From NCBI GenBank assembly GCA_965223155.1, contig CBDCVR010000014.1, positions 480,001-544,000 of the forward strand: DNA of 64,000 bases, in the 5' to 3' direction. A model generated the notes under the pieces. It was not told where the DNA came from, searched no databases, and saw only the letters and a program-made list of their open reading frames with translations. This stretch comes from Candidatus Multivoradales bacterium (lineage in GTDB: Bacteria; Acidobacteriota; Thermoanaerobaculia; Multivoradales; JAHEKO01). Shown here piece after piece: positions 28,984 through 38,312 of this stretch (the stretch's first letter is position 1; the number at the start of each line of letters is the position of its first letter). The position numbers and the translations under genes were made by a program.

Positions 28984-30686
28984 CCGAGAGCCCGGAGCTG
29001 TTCGCTGGTGGCGGCGCCGGGCTCGATCGCCTCGGCGGCCGCCACCGGCTCGAACTCGAAGTCCTGGAGCTCGGCCAGCAGCTCGGCAAACTGCTCCGTG
29101 CGCTCGCGGGAGAGGTCCCGTTCCGCCCAGGGATCGGCCTCCAGGTCATAGAGTTCGGCCCGGCCCAGGGGCGCGCCCTGCACCTTGATCGACAAACAGC
29201 GGGTGTCCTCGCCCTTGCCCAGCCACATCGGCACGTCGCAGCCGTCGGTGACGAGCTCGACCGCGTGCGGGCCTGGCCCGCCCAGTTCCAGGGTCGCCTC
29301 CTGCCAGGCCTCCCCCACCAGGACCGTCTCGCGCAGCTGGCCGTCGACCCGGACTTCCACTTCGCGCGGCCGGGCAAAGCTCACCAGGCGGAGCGGCAAC
29401 GACGAACCCTCGGTGTCGAATCGAATCGAGCGCGCGAACCAGCTCCCGCCGGGCTCGTCGATGCGTTGCGCTGTCAGAATCTGATGCAGTCCGGCTTCGT
29501 CGCGAACCACCAGCGAACGCATCTCATGCTGGTCGCGCACCTCGGAGTAGGCCCGGCTCCGGGCAGGCTCCGGTCCCCCGGCCAGGAGTCCGGCGAAGCT
29601 CTCCCCGGATTGGCGCTCGGGACAGGCCAGATCCGCCAGATCGCACAGAGTCGGGAAGAGATCCACCCACTCCACCACCGAGGCCACCCGCCGAGCGACC
29701 CCAGCGCCGGCCGGAGGCACGACCAGGAGCGGCACCCGGATGGTCTCCGGGTACACCTGATGGTGGCCCAGCTTGCCGTGCTCCAGGAACTCCTCGCCAT
29801 GATCCGAGGTGATGATGACCGTTGTCTCCTCGGAGAGACCAAGGCGATCGAGGTCCGCAAAGAAGCCGGCCATGACATCGTCCGCGTAGCGAACGGAGGC
29901 GTCGTAGAGCGACGTAACGTGCTCGCAGGCCGCCGCGCTCAGGATTCGGCGACCCATGAAGACGTCCCGCACGAAGCCACGGGTGGTGCCGCTGTCGGAC
30001 GGCGTCGCGGCCGACCAGAACATCGAATCGTACGGCTGCGGCGGATTGTAGGGATCGTGGACAGCGTAGCTATGGAGGAACAGGAAGAACCGCTCCTCCG
30101 GTTCCAGGCCCTCCAGATAGGCGGATCCCCGTCCCAAGACCTCCTCGATCGACCGCTGACTCGCTTCGAGCGCCGCGAATTGCTCGAAGCCGCGCTCGAA
30201 TCCCGGCTCGCCGACCATGTAACCGCCCTCGGTGATCGCGGCCGTCCGGAAGCCCGCCTGGCGAAAGGCCTCGGGCAGCGTCGTGACTTCATCCGCCAGC
30301 CGCGAGAACGGCGGATAGACGCCATGCTCCCGAGGGTAGAGGCCGGTAAAAAGCGACATATGGGAAACCAGAGTCGACGTGTACTGGACAAAGGCGTTCT
30401 CGAACAACACCGATCGGGATGCCAGGGAGTCCAGGAACGGGCTCGTGTCGCGCCGGTAGCCGTACATCCCCAGGTGCTTGGCTCCCAGGGTGTCGAGCGA
30501 GACGACGACGAATCCGCGGCTGGGCGGCGCCGCCACCGGACCCGGGTCCCTCGCGCAGGCCGCCCACGTCCCCACGATCCCCACGGTCGCGGCAATCCAA
30601 GGCAGGCCGAGCAGCGCCGCCCGGGCGAAGCCGGGCCTAAGCCCGCCTCCGGGCGCTTGCCACGCCCCCGACCTCGCCACGTTCAC
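28971..30686 (-). CDS. Exported sulfatase/alkaline-phosphatase-superfamily hydrolase or transferase
   Basis: SLDTL, TLVSHMSLFTG, FLHSYAVHDPY, ITSDHGEEF, ELYDLEADP, QLRALGYVD. GTGA overlap with the upstream gene. Confidence 0.85.
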   Translation of the reverse strand: MNVARSGAWQAPGGGLRPGFARAALLGLPWIAATVGIVGTWAACARDPGPVAAPPSRGFVVVSLDTLGAKHLGMYGYRRDTSPFLDSLASRSVLFENAFVQYTSTLVSHMSLFTGLYPREHGVYPPFSRLADEVTTLPEAFRQAGFRTAAITEGGYMVGEPGFERGFEQFAALEASQRSIEEVLGRGSAYLEGLEPEERFFLFLHSYAVHDPYNPPQPYDSMFWSAATPSDSGTTRGFVRDVFMGRRILSAAACEHVTSLYDASVRYADDVMAGFFADLDRLGLSEETTVIITSDHGEEFLEHGKLGHHQVYPETIRVPLLVVPPAGAGVARRVASVVEWVDLFPTLCDLADLACPERQSGESFAGLLAGGPEPARSRAYSEVRDQHEMRSLVVRDEAGLHQILTAQRIDEPGGSWFARSIRFDTEGSSLPLRLVSFARPREVEVRVDGQLRETVLVGEAWQEATLELGGPGPHAVELVTDGCDVPMWLGKGEDTRCLSIKVQGAPLGRAELYDLEADPWAERDLSRERTEQFAELLAELQDFEFEPVAAAEAIEPGAATSEQLRALGYVD

Positions 30687-31438
30687 TTCCCGCCGACCGT
30701 CGCGTCGAGATAGGCGCGGATCCTCTCCGCAGCGCTGCCCGATTTCCAGATCGCCTCGACCTCGTTCTCGAAGCGGTCGGCCGTCCGCTCCATGCGGTCG
30801 AGCATGGGCTGCCGGACCTGGCGCTTCGACAGCGCGAAGGTGCCGGCACCGACCCCGGCCATTGAACAGGCGATTGCGAGCGCCCGGTCCTCGACCTGGT
30901 CAAGCGGCACAATCTCGTCGGCCAGGCCTCGGTCTAAGGCATCAGCGCCCTGATACAGCTTGCCCAGCAGCAGGACCTCCTGGAGATGCCGGGACGGCAC
31001 CACTGCGCGCACGATCTCGAGCGGCACCGCCGGAAACGGCACGCCGACGAGAAGCTCGGGAACGCCGATCTTGCCGCTTCCTTCCGCCAGCACCCGGTAG
31101 TCGCAGGCACAGGCCAGGATGCAGCCGCCGGCGATGGCGTGACCGTTCATCGCCGCCACCAGGGGCTTGGGAAACTCTGCCAGCTCGCGCAGGGCGTCCG
31201 ACAGCACCGGCAAGAACTCGGACAAGTACTCGGCACCACCGTCCAGCACGCGGAAAAGATCGACGCCCGCGGAGAAGGCACCGCCGCGGCCGGTCAGAAC
31301 GGCGCCGCGGGCATCGCTCGCCTCGATCTCGGCCAACGTCGACCGCACCGACTCGAGCAACTCCCTGTCGATGGCGTTGACCTTGCCGTGCTCCATCCGC
31401 ACGATGACAATGCCGTCCTTGTCTTCGATTCGCAGCAT
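30683..31438 (-). CDS. Enoyl-CoA hydratase/isomerase family protein
   Basis: FSAGVDL, KPLVAAMNGHAIAGGC, GVPELLVG. TACTCT lies 6 nt before the ATG. Confidence 0.92.
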   Translation of the reverse strand: MLRIEDKDGIVIVRMEHGKVNAIDRELLESVRSTLAEIEASDARGAVLTGRGGAFSAGVDLFRVLDGGAEYLSEFLPVLSDALRELAEFPKPLVAAMNGHAIAGGCILACACDYRVLAEGSGKIGVPELLVGVPFPAVPLEIVRAVVPSRHLQEVLLLGKLYQGADALDRGLADEIVPLDQVEDRALAIACSMAGVGAGTFALSKRQVRQPMLDRMERTADRFENEVEAIWKSGSAAERIRAYLDATVGGK

Positions 31439-31529
31439 GCGCCAAGAGTATCGAAATGGGCCACGAACGGCTGGCGGGGAAGCTCGGTGAGACCGTGGGG
31501 CCGGACTAAGGCCTGGTGTCCAACCAGCG

Positions 31530-34220
31530 CTAGCCGGACGCCGGCGCACGCTCGGACAGCTCGCCAAACCAGTTGAGGACCACATTCAACCGGGCGGGCT
31601 CTGGCTGAGCGCTCTCGACCATGAGAAAGCGCTCACCGTCCGCCGTCACCGAGTACTGTGCCGGCCCGAAAAGATCGCGCGCGAACGTATTCTTGGTAAA
31701 CAGCGCTTGTGGAGCGCTCAGATCCAGATCCTCACCGAGCGTGATCCGGACCGACATCAAGGTGTCGCCCTGTCGATAGAAGAGCTCGCCGCCGCCCGGG
31801 TTCCAGGCCGGCTCGGTGCCGCCGCCGCTCGAGATCTTCCAGCGATTGCCATCGTCCTCGAGATGGCGGACGTAGATCTCGTCGATTCCGGTCTCGTCCG
31901 AGATGTAGGCAAACCACCCACCATCCGGAGAGAAGACCGGAGCGCGCTCGTTGTACCGGGTCGCGACCAGCTCGGCCGGTTCGGAGCCGAACGACAGCTT
32001 CCAGATGTCGCGCTGAGTCGCCGCCGTGCGCAACGCGTAGTAGAGCAAGGTGCGGCCGTCGGGAGAGATCGAGGTTGGCACTTCGATAACCGGACTGGTG
32101 GTGAGCCGCTCTGGATCCCGGTCGCTCCGAATGTCCTTGCGATACAGATCGTACATTCCGTCCCGGTTCGAGGCGTACACGATCTGACGCCCGCTGGGAG
32201 CCCACACCGGATAGCCGTTCAGATTCCGAAAGGTCATCCGCATCGTCGCCCGCCGCCGCAGGTCGTGAACCCAGATATCCGAAGAAGCCGCGATGCCGTA
32301 GCCCACGGCGACCCTGGACTCGTCGGGCGAGAGGCGCGGCGAGTAGAAGGGGGCCTCGGCGGAATCGGCCGGGGTGGTCTCGCCCTCCCGATCCACGAAG
32401 ACCAGTGTGTTCGAAGCGAAATCCGAAGAGCTGGCATCGAACACCAGCACCCCGTTGTCGGCAAAGGCCAGAATCGCGGCGCCTTCGAGCACTCTGGGCT
32501 TGACGCCCAGGTCCATCTCCGGTCCCCGGCGCTCGCCGCTGGCGGGATCGATCGGCAAGGCCCAGAGGACCCCGCCGCGAACGAACACGGCATGCCCCGT
32601 GGCAGCGACGTATCTCGCGCCACTGCCTTGGGCCAACACCTTGCGCGAGCCGTCTTCGAGCGAAACCCAGAAGACATGCGGTCCGGGCTCGCCGCCCACG
32701 GTTCCCGAGAACGTCACGAGCATCGCCTTGCCGTCCGGAAGGACCCAGGGCCAGGTGAAGTTCCCGGCCTTGTCCGAGATATCGGCGACCTCGACCTCGA
32801 CGGGCTGCCCGCCTTCCGCATCAACTCGAACGGGGATCCTGTACACGCCGGTGGACATGACGATGAACCCCTGGTCGCTCCAGGATCCCCCAAAAGGAAT
32901 CGAAGGCGAGCGGCAGACGGTGCGCTGGCCGCTGCCATCCAGCCGGATCCGGCGCAGCTCGCCGCCGGCAAAGTAGGCGACCTCGCGGCCATCCGGCGAG
33001 AAAAACGGCGACCGGGCTCCGGTGGTGCCCGGTATCGGTGCCTCCGATCCGGTGGCCAGCTCGCGCACGAAGAGCTCGGACTGGCTGCCGGACTGAGCGA
33101 CATAGACCAACCGCGATCCGTCCGGCGACAAGACCAGCCGCTCGCCCGAGATGGCGACGACTTCGAGTGCTCGATCCAGATCGAGGCCGAAGCGAGCGGT
33201 CGATTCGGCCCGCTCCGGCGTGCCGCGGGAGCTCACGAACAGAGCCACCGCCAAAGCGCCCAGGCCGGCCGCCAGAACCCACGGCAGAGCGCGCCACCAG
33301 AACGGCCGAGCGGAACCCTCCGGCACCACCGCCTCGGCCTCGTCGCCCTGTTCGGTCCTGGCCAGCGCGATTCGCGCCTCGCCGATGTCGCGCAGCCGGG
33401 TCATCGGGTCCTTGTCCAAGCACCTCGCCAGCAACGAAGCCAGGTTCGCCGGCACGCTCTTGGGCAGTTTGCCAAGATCTAGATCGTCACGCAGCACCGC
33501 GGCCAGCGTGTCGGAGACGGTCTTTCCCGCGAAGCCTCGGGCGCCGGCGAGCATCTCGTAGAGCACGACTCCGAACGCCCAGATGTCCGCCCGCTTGTCG
33601 GCGTCCTGCCCCCGAACCTGCTCCGGCGCCATGTAGGCCGCAGTGCCCAGAAGCGTGCCGGCGGCGGTCATGTTCTGCGTGATCGTGGGTGACTCGCGCA
33701 GAACGGTCTCGGTCTCGGAGGAGCTTTCCCGCACCAGGGCCTTGGCCAGGCCGAAGTCCAGGACCTTGACCAGCCCCTTGGGAGTGATGCGCACGTTGGC
33801 CGGCTTCAGATCCCGGTGAACGATGCCTTCCTCGTGGGCGGCTTCCATGCCCTCGGCGATCCGGCGCGCGATGCGGACCGCCTCGTCAACCGGAATCGCC
33901 CCGCGTTCGAGACGCTCGTCGAGCCCTTCGCCCTCGACCAGCTCCATGGTCAAGAACTGCAGCGTCCCAGTCTCGCCTTCGGGCACGCCTTCCTCGAAGG
34001 AATACAGGGCGGCGATGTGCGGGTGGTTGAGCGACGCCAGAACCTTGGCCTCCCGCTCGAAACGGGCCAGACGCTCGGGACTCTGGGCCATCGCCTCCGG
34101 CAGGACCTTGAGCGCGACCTCGCGGCCCAGCCGCGTGTCCTCGGCCCGGTACACCGCTCCCATGCCGCCCTCGCCCAGGAGGGACACAATCCGGTAGTGA
34201 TTAAGTTGCGTTCCGATCAT
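31530..34220 (-). CDS. Ser/Thr protein kinase with TM helix and TolB/PD40 beta-propellers
   Basis: GEGGMG, HRDLKPAN, DFGLAK, GTAAYMAPE. TM helix ALPWVLAAGLGALAVALFV. Repeated (F/W/L)SPDG blades. Confidence 0.93.
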   Translation of the reverse strand: MIGTQLNHYRIVSLLGEGGMGAVYRAEDTRLGREVALKVLPEAMAQSPERLARFEREAKVLASLNHPHIAALYSFEEGVPEGETGTLQFLTMELVEGEGLDERLERGAIPVDEAVRIARRIAEGMEAAHEEGIVHRDLKPANVRITPKGLVKVLDFGLAKALVRESSSETETVLRESPTITQNMTAAGTLLGTAAYMAPEQVRGQDADKRADIWAFGVVLYEMLAGARGFAGKTVSDTLAAVLRDDLDLGKLPKSVPANLASLLARCLDKDPMTRLRDIGEARIALARTEQGDEAEAVVPEGSARPFWWRALPWVLAAGLGALAVALFVSSRGTPERAESTARFGLDLDRALEVVAISGERLVLSPDGSRLVYVAQSGSQSELFVRELATGSEAPIPGTTGARSPFFSPDGREVAYFAGGELRRIRLDGSGQRTVCRSPSIPFGGSWSDQGFIVMSTGVYRIPVRVDAEGGQPVEVEVADISDKAGNFTWPWVLPDGKAMLVTFSGTVGGEPGPHVFWVSLEDGSRKVLAQGSGARYVAATGHAVFVRGGVLWALPIDPASGERRGPEMDLGVKPRVLEGAAILAFADNGVLVFDASSSDFASNTLVFVDREGETTPADSAEAPFYSPRLSPDESRVAVGYGIAASSDIWVHDLRRRATMRMTFRNLNGYPVWAPSGRQIVYASNRDGMYDLYRKDIRSDRDPERLTTSPVIEVPTSISPDGRTLLYYALRTAATQRDIWKLSFGSEPAELVATRYNERAPVFSPDGGWFAYISDETGIDEIYVRHLEDDGNRWKISSGGGTEPAWNPGGGELFYRQGDTLMSVRITLGEDLDLSAPQALFTKNTFARDLFGPAQYSVTADGERFLMVESAQPEPARLNVVLNWFGELSERAPASG

Positions 34221-34537
34221 CGTTTGGGACGCGCCGAGGCGCGGGAACCGGGACTGGGAAATGGCGCTGGCGACCGGGACTACCGGCTCGACTTCGGCGC
34301 GAGCAGGCGCGTTGCCCGGCACCAAGAACAGCACCACGGACACCCGCTTCCGGCGCGCGGCAACCGCGCTTTCCAGATGCGAGCGCTCGCGCCACTCACG
34401 CACCGCCCGCCTGCGCACTCCATTACGAGCAGTATATCGCTCTCCTAGCGGCCCCTTCCGCCATCACCCTACCGATCCGGCAGACCATGGGACCGGACAC
34501 TCTTCGAACGTTGCGCGAAGGACGCTCGAGCCGGCTG

Positions 34538-37531
34538 CTAGTCGACCGGCCCCAGTACGCGATCCGCCCAGGTCAGCACCTCTCGGATCACCGCGTTCCG
34601 GGGCCGCGGCGGCGCATGCCCAACGTCGAACAGAACCAGCTTCTTGTCGGCCTCAGCGGTGCCGAGCCAGCGGAGGAGTCCCTTCTGCGACGTTTCGAGG
34701 GGCAGCAGCCGATCGTAGCGTCCGTTCACGATCAGGGTCGGGACGCGGACTCGGGAGGCGAAGTTGATCGAGTCCACCTCTCCCGGCTGCCTCCAGGTCG
34801 GCAGTCCGGCCAGACGCAAGTAGGCGGCTTGGAAGCGCGGCTCCAGAGCCAGCATCACCGGGGCCAGGACACCGCCCAAGCTGCTGCCGACGAAAAAGAG
34901 CCGATCGTCGCGTAGGTCCTCCCGACTCACCAGGTAGTCGACCGTTCGCCGTATCTCCTTGGTCCACGCCAGAACGTGGTCGCGGAGCGCGATCGTGTCC
35001 TCGGTGCTCAGGAGCTCGAATCCATCCTGGCGCTCGTAAGTGCCGAGAAGAACGGGAATGGCCACCGCCCGGCCGCTCCGCAGCAGAAAATCGACGGCAT
35101 CGAAGCTCACCAGCCCCTCCGGCTCCGCGCTCGAGGAACGCCGGAGGGCATTGGCGCCGGCCATGAGAACGCCCACGGAATACGGCGGCGGCGACCCGGT
35201 CGGCAGGAGAAGCACGATCGGAAGCCGCTCGCCGCCGTGGCCGGCGTCGATCTCGACCCGGATCTCCCGCCAGTGCTCACCGGCGCGCTCCGCCACCACC
35301 GCCGGCTCGAGCGGTCCCTGCGAGAAGTCATGGAAGGCTCGGTAGATCTCGAACGTCCGGTCGTCGACCGGGGCTTCCGCCAAGAGGTCGCGCTCGGGCC
35401 GCGCTTCGACCTCCTCCGGCGTCGCGGGCTTGGATCCTGCGACCTCCCGCATCATGCGGAACCCGAACTCGACCCGGCGCTCCCAGGGCGAGCGCGCGTC
35501 GTAGGCGCTGAAGTAGTTGTACGACGGCTCATTCCACGCTCCACCCAGGAGCAGGCGTCCCCTGCCGGCAACGCCGGTGCGCGACCATTCGACAGCGTTG
35601 CCGGCCAGGTCCCGCGTGCCCCAAACGCCCAAGCCGCGGTCGGGATCCGCCGGCAAGAGCCGGTCTCCGAAGTTGCTCGCCGGAACGACGCGCGGGCTGG
35701 CCCCGAGCCGCGCCGTCTGCAACCAGTGCCACAGGCTCGGCAACTCGTTTCCCGCCCACGCGGCGTAGGCCGCCGCCTCGAACCAGGACACACCGGTCAC
35801 CGGCATCGCGCCGGCGTCCTCGGGGTAGGCGCCAAGCTCCCAGCCCGCCGGTCCGGGGCGACCGGTGGCGTCCACGAACCGTGTGATTCCCGCGCTCCAG
35901 GCCACGGCCCGGCCTTTCTCCAGAAACGGCGGCCAGAGCTGCTGGCGACGGTAGCCGCCATCCGCTACGAACCGGGCATAGTCGGCATTGGTGACCTCGA
36001 ATCGATCGATGAAAAAGCCGGGGAGCTCGATCGCGTCGGCCGGCAGCTCCTGGCTGAGGCTAGCCGCTCGAACCGTTCCCGGCGGGATCCAGGTCATGCC
36101 GTCGGGAGATGGCGTCGAGGGGAGGCGCCAGTGATTCTCGGCCTCGAGCTCGCCCGCGAGCTCGTAGACGCCTTCCGGCTCACCGCCGACGGGCTCGATC
36201 TTGACCGCCAGAAAGCCGCGGGGCACGGTGACGTCAGCCAGGGGCGTGCGTCCCAGAGCCAGCCAGTCGCTGGCCTCGCCGTAAGGCCGGATCGAAACCT
36301 CGGCTCCGGCGGGAGTGCTTGTCATCGCCACCAACTGCGTCGCGGCGGCAAGCGCCTCGGTCGCCTCGGGCAGCCGGGCTTCGGCGCCGGGCAAGCGGCG
36401 GTGGAGGAAGAACGCTTCGGCGTATCGCTCGGCATCGACCAGCTCGAGCAATTCTTCGAGTGCCGCGGCCGGCCGCACCTCCTCGGCCCGCGGCTCCCGG
36501 TTCCGGGTAGCAAGCCAGGCCAGAAGCGCCAGTACCAGCACCGCCGGGACTCCAAGGCGAAGCCAATTGGGCGCAGCCGCGTCCGCCCTGACGCGCTCCT
36601 CCGGGTCGCCGGCGCTGGTCTCGCCCTCGGACCGCAAGGACTCGAGCTCGTTGCGCACCTCGAGAGCCGACTGGTAGCGCTTGGCCGGATCCTTCTCCAG
36701 GCAGCGGCGTACGATGCGTCCCAGGTGATTTGGCAAGCCGTCCTTGATTTCCGTCACCAGCGGCGGCTCGTCCCGCAGAAGCGACGACAGCACCTCGACC
36801 GAGCTCGTCCCGTCGAACGGACGCCGGCCGGTCGCCAGCTCGTAGAGCAGCACGCCCAGTGAGAAGACGTCCGATCGAGGATCCGCCGGCTCTCCTCTTG
36901 CCTGCTCCGGCGACATGTAGTGCACCGTCCCGATCACCAGGCCCTCCTGGGTCAGGAGCTCGGTGGCATCGCCATCGCGCCGTGAGGAAGGGTCGCCGTC
37001 GCGGACAGGCTTGGCCAGGCCGAAGTCCAGGACCTTGACTCGCCCACGCTCGTCCACCATCACGTTGGCCGGCTTCAGGTCGCGGTGGGTGATCCCTCGG
37101 GCATGGGCCTCGGCCACGGCGTCGGCCAGGGGAACCGCCAGGGCAAAGAACTTCTCTAGCGCCAGACCGCCCGGAGGCACGTGCTTGTCCAGGGTCTCGC
37201 CGTCCACCAGCTCCATCGTCAGGAACTGCACGGCCTCGGACGAAGTCTGCGGGGCGACATCGACCGGCCCGGGTTCGACCGATCCGGTCTCGACTGACCC
37301 GGTTTCGACTGAATAGATCGTCACGATCCCGGGGTGATTGAGCGCCGCAACCGTCCTTGCCTCCCGCTCGAACCGAGCCAGCCGCTCGACGTCCCCTGCC
37401 AGCTCGGCGGGCAGGATCTTGAGCGCGACCTGCCGATCCAGCTTCGTGTCCTCGGCCAGGTACACCTCACCCATTCCCCCTGCCCCCAGCTTGGAGACGA
37501 TTCGGTAGTGCGCCAGCCGCGAGCCGATCAT
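34538..37531 (-). CDS. Ser/Thr kinase, TM, formylglycine-generating-enzyme-like domain, alpha/beta hydrolase fusion
   Basis: Kinase HRDLKPAN/DFG/YMSPE. FGE-like FEVTNADY, PVTGVSWFEAAAY, DLAGNAVEW, GFR. Hydrolase GSSLGG..GRYD..GH. Confidence 0.88.
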   Translation of the reverse strand: MIGSRLAHYRIVSKLGAGGMGEVYLAEDTKLDRQVALKILPAELAGDVERLARFEREARTVAALNHPGIVTIYSVETGSVETGSVEPGPVDVAPQTSSEAVQFLTMELVDGETLDKHVPPGGLALEKFFALAVPLADAVAEAHARGITHRDLKPANVMVDERGRVKVLDFGLAKPVRDGDPSSRRDGDATELLTQEGLVIGTVHYMSPEQARGEPADPRSDVFSLGVLLYELATGRRPFDGTSSVEVLSSLLRDEPPLVTEIKDGLPNHLGRIVRRCLEKDPAKRYQSALEVRNELESLRSEGETSAGDPEERVRADAAAPNWLRLGVPAVLVLALLAWLATRNREPRAEEVRPAAALEELLELVDAERYAEAFFLHRRLPGAEARLPEATEALAAATQLVAMTSTPAGAEVSIRPYGEASDWLALGRTPLADVTVPRGFLAVKIEPVGGEPEGVYELAGELEAENHWRLPSTPSPDGMTWIPPGTVRAASLSQELPADAIELPGFFIDRFEVTNADYARFVADGGYRRQQLWPPFLEKGRAVAWSAGITRFVDATGRPGPAGWELGAYPEDAGAMPVTGVSWFEAAAYAAWAGNELPSLWHWLQTARLGASPRVVPASNFGDRLLPADPDRGLGVWGTRDLAGNAVEWSRTGVAGRGRLLLGGAWNEPSYNYFSAYDARSPWERRVEFGFRMMREVAGSKPATPEEVEARPERDLLAEAPVDDRTFEIYRAFHDFSQGPLEPAVVAERAGEHWREIRVEIDAGHGGERLPIVLLLPTGSPPPYSVGVLMAGANALRRSSSAEPEGLVSFDAVDFLLRSGRAVAIPVLLGTYERQDGFELLSTEDTIALRDHVLAWTKEIRRTVDYLVSREDLRDDRLFFVGSSLGGVLAPVMLALEPRFQAAYLRLAGLPTWRQPGEVDSINFASRVRVPTLIVNGRYDRLLPLETSQKGLLRWLGTAEADKKLVLFDVGHAPPRPRNAVIREVLTWADRVLGPVD
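37268..37312 (-). repeat. 3 x 15-bp tandem repeat inserted in the kinase N-lobe
   Basis: Encodes SVETG-SVETG-SVEPG, absent at the same position in the paralogous kinases in this window. Confidence 0.8.
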
Positions 37532-37584
37532 GATTGTCTCGTTACGGACCCCGAACCCGTAAGCATGCCGATAGCCTACCGCGC

Positions 37585-37785
37585 GTGGACAGATCCAGGC
37601 GCCATCGAGACTCGTGGTTTCCCGCTACGTGGGAAGGCTCCGAAGTCTCGCGCCTGCTCGAAGGCGCCGCCATGACCCTGCCGGAGAAGCTCGCCTGGAC
37701 CGAAGAGGCTCATCGCCTGGCGCGCCGGCTGGACCCGGCCCACGACGCGCGCCCGGAAACCGATACGAAGGACTCGGGCGCCTAG
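37585..37785 (+). CDS. Small hypothetical protein (66 aa)
   Basis: TAGCCT-N7-GTG start layout. Helical protein-like sequence WFPATWEGSEVSRL..TLPEKLAWTEEAHRL. It fills an otherwise empty gap. Confidence 0.55.
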   Translation: MDRSRRHRDSWFPATWEGSEVSRLLEGAAMTLPEKLAWTEEAHRLARRLDPAHDARPETDTKDSGA

Positions 37786-37867
37786 CGTTCGGCCAAGAAC
37801 GTCGCGTCCTCGACGAGGATCGACGCCTGGTCCTTGAGCTGGAGCTTCCTGAAGACCGGATCCGGCT

Positions 37868-38230
37868 TCAATGGACGGCCCGCTCGTGCGCCGGCAACTG
37901 GTCTTCCTCGTCGAACGCATGGGTCAGAACGAAAAAGTGGGACGCCAGCCGCTCGGTCTCGGTCTCGACCACGAGCTCGAAGCCATGCTCTCCCTCCGGT
38001 TCTTCGCCCAGGTACTGCGCGTAGGCCACGCTCTCCGAGTCGACCCCCAGCTCACCGACCAGCCGCTTACCGCGAATCACCTGCACATACTGGACATTGC
38101 CGTCGGCGGCGAAGTGCCAGTGGTAGTCGTTGTCGTCGTACAGCACCGTATCCGGAGTCCCCGCGCGCAGAATGCAGTTGGGGTGCCGCATCAACCACTG
38201 CCAGAAGGCGTCGAAGGAAAGCGTCGTCAT
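37868..38230 (-). CDS. Hypothetical protein (120 aa)
   Basis: GGAAGG upstream of the ATG. Typical codon usage. MTTLSFDAFWQWLMRHPNCILRAGTP. Confidence 0.75.
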   Translation of the reverse strand: MTTLSFDAFWQWLMRHPNCILRAGTPDTVLYDDNDYHWHFAADGNVQYVQVIRGKRLVGELGVDSESVAYAQYLGEEPEGEHGFELVVETETERLASHFFVLTHAFDEEDQLPAHERAVH

Positions 38231-38312
38231 TGCGAGACCCTTCCCAGTCTCACGCATTTGGCCGGACCAGGCAAGCAAGCGGCGGCCGCGGCCGGTCACT
38301 ATAATCCTGGGG

